DNA of 64,000 nucleotides, from the NCBI GenBank assembly GCA_905182525.1, contig CAJJBV010000004.1:132068-196067 (forward strand). The letters are read 5' to 3'. Below are positions 63,174 through 64,000 of the stretch, piece after piece (the first letter of the stretch is position 1; each line of letters opens with the position of its first letter). Position numbers and translations under genes: made by a program. The DNA comes from Cryomorphaceae bacterium (GTDB taxonomy: Bacteria > Bacteroidota > Bacteroidia > Flavobacteriales_D > Parvicellaceae). Below the pieces are notes generated by a model, which made no database searches, was not told the DNA's origin, and worked only from the letters and a program-made list of their open reading frames with translations.

Positions 63174-63192
63174 CCACCCATAATTTAAGAAA

Positions 63193-63375
63193 ATGGCTAA
63201 GAAAGGAAATAGAGTACAAGTAATTTTAGAATGCACCGAACACAAAGAAAGTGGAGTGCCAGGTACTTCTAGATACATTACTACTAAAAACAGGAAAAAT
63301 ACACCTGACAGAGTTGAGTTAAAAAAATATAATCCAATTCTGAAGAAGTATACACTACACAAAGAAATTAAATAA
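63193..63375 (+). CDS. rpmG: 50S ribosomal protein L33
   Basis: [60 protein letters not shown] is canonical L33. Confidence 0.95.
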   Translation: MAKKGNRVQVILECTEHKESGVPGTSRYITTKNRKNTPDRVELKKYNPILKKYTLHKEIK

Positions 63376-63382
63376 TTGAATC

Positions 63383-63529
63383 ATGGCTAAGAAATCTGTA
63401 GCATCTTTACAAAAAGGAGGAGGGAAACAACACTCGAAAGTAATTAAGATGGTGAAGTCTCCAAAATCTGGATCATATACTTTTAAAGAAGAAATTATTC
63501 ATAACGACAGACTTAAAGACTGGTTTTAA
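63383..63529 (+). CDS. DUF4295-family small basic protein (48 aa)
   Basis: Below the ORF-track cut-off. ATG at 63383, TAA at 63527. Reads MAKKSVASLQKGGGKQHSKVIKMVKSPKSGSYTFKEEIIHNDRLKDWF. Sits in the conserved position between rpmG and ftsY in Bacteroidota. Confidence 0.75.
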   Translation: MAKKSVASLQKGGGKQHSKVIKMVKSPKSGSYTFKEEIIHNDRLKDWF

Positions 63530-63553
63530 TAGTTTTAAAAATGTTTTAATTTT

Positions 63554-63589
63554 AAGCTCTTTCTTTTGTATAAGGAAAGAGCTTTTTTA
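63554..63589 (+). terminator. Rho-independent terminator after rpmG-DUF4295
   Basis: Perfect 10-bp stem AAGCTCTTTC (63554..63563) / GAAAGAGCTT (63575..63584), an 11-nt loop, and a T-run beginning within the 3' arm (T6 at 63583..63588). Confidence 0.8.
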
Positions 63590-63600
63590 TTTAATAAATT

Positions 63601-64000
63601 ATGAGTTGGAAAAGTTTTTTTACAAAACAAAAAAAGCAGGATCTTGATCACGGCTTAGAAAAAACAAAAAAAAGTTTTTTCTCTAAAATTGCTAGTACTG
63701 TTGCTGGTAAATCAAAAGTTGATGAAGAAGTCCTTGATGATTTAGAGGAGGTTTTAGTTTCCTCAGATGTAAGTGTTAAAACAACTTTAAAAATTATCAA
63801 GAGGCTAGAAGAAAGAGTAAAAAATGAAAAATATGTTGGAATAAATCAACTTAGTAATTTACTTAAAGAAGAAATTTCAGAAATGTTATCTGAAAATAAT
63901 ATTGAAAATATTTCAAATTTTCAAACTCCGACGTCTAATGAGCCTTATGTTATTATGGTCGTTGGTGTTAATGGTGTAGGGAAAACTACAACAATAGGAA
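63601..64000 (+). CDS. ftsY: Signal recognition particle receptor FtsY, 3' end beyond the window
   Basis: ATG at 63601. N domain, then the start of the G domain VIMVVGVNGVGKTTTIG at the window edge. Confidence 0.9.
   Translation, partial: MSWKSFFTKQKKQDLDHGLEKTKKSFFSKIASTVAGKSKVDEEVLDDLEEVLVSSDVSVKTTLKIIKRLEERVKNEKYVGINQLSNLLKEEISEMLSENNIENISNFQTPTSNEPYVIMVVGVNGVGKTTTIG

Overview
AT-rich (roughly 30% G+C by eye, not computed), almost gap-free chromosome segment from a Bacteroidota organism, most likely Flavobacteriia-like. Evidence for that placement: type A and type B T9SS C-terminal sorting domains, an rpmB/rpmG/DUF4295/ftsY neighbourhood, TAnnTTTG -7 promoter boxes, and short leaders without Shine-Dalgarno sequences. 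I count about 47 protein genes and saw no rRNA, tRNA, CRISPR, transposase, integrase or phage genes.

Layout:
- 1-6.9 kb: tail of a surface-polysaccharide locus (rmlC, Wzc-like BY-kinase, wza, GT4, AsnB-like).
- 6.9-8.3 kb: dacB.
- 8.3-12.3 kb: menaquinone block (thioesterase-menF-menD-menB).
- 12.3-15.1 kb: a T9SS-sorted serine protease and an orphan response regulator.
- 15-24.5 kb: two divergent operons carrying the AddB-like and AddA-like genes, plus an MbnP/MbnH-like pair.
- 24.5-34.3 kb: a ~9.7 kb T9SS cargo operon with a ~2100-codon repeat adhesin.
- 34.4-46.3 kb: guaB with three PPIase-type chaperone genes, an amidohydrolase, a membrane protein, purL and an SPFH protein.
- 46.4-50.5 kb: a second, heavily disrupted adhesin paralogue.
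- 50.5-59 kb: hemE, an OmpA-family protein, an MFS transporter, lhgO and yidC.
- 58.9-64 kb: rpmB and rpmG-DUF4295-ftsY, separated by a 4 kb block that contains a DUF4920 / CXXCH lipoprotein / tandem-FGE-domain lipoprotein operon.

The most striking property is at least 18 reading-frame disruptions clustered in 8 genes. These are either sequence errors or real gene decay, and the sequence alone cannot decide. Candidates for new biology are flagged below, but none can be called a new system from inspection alone.
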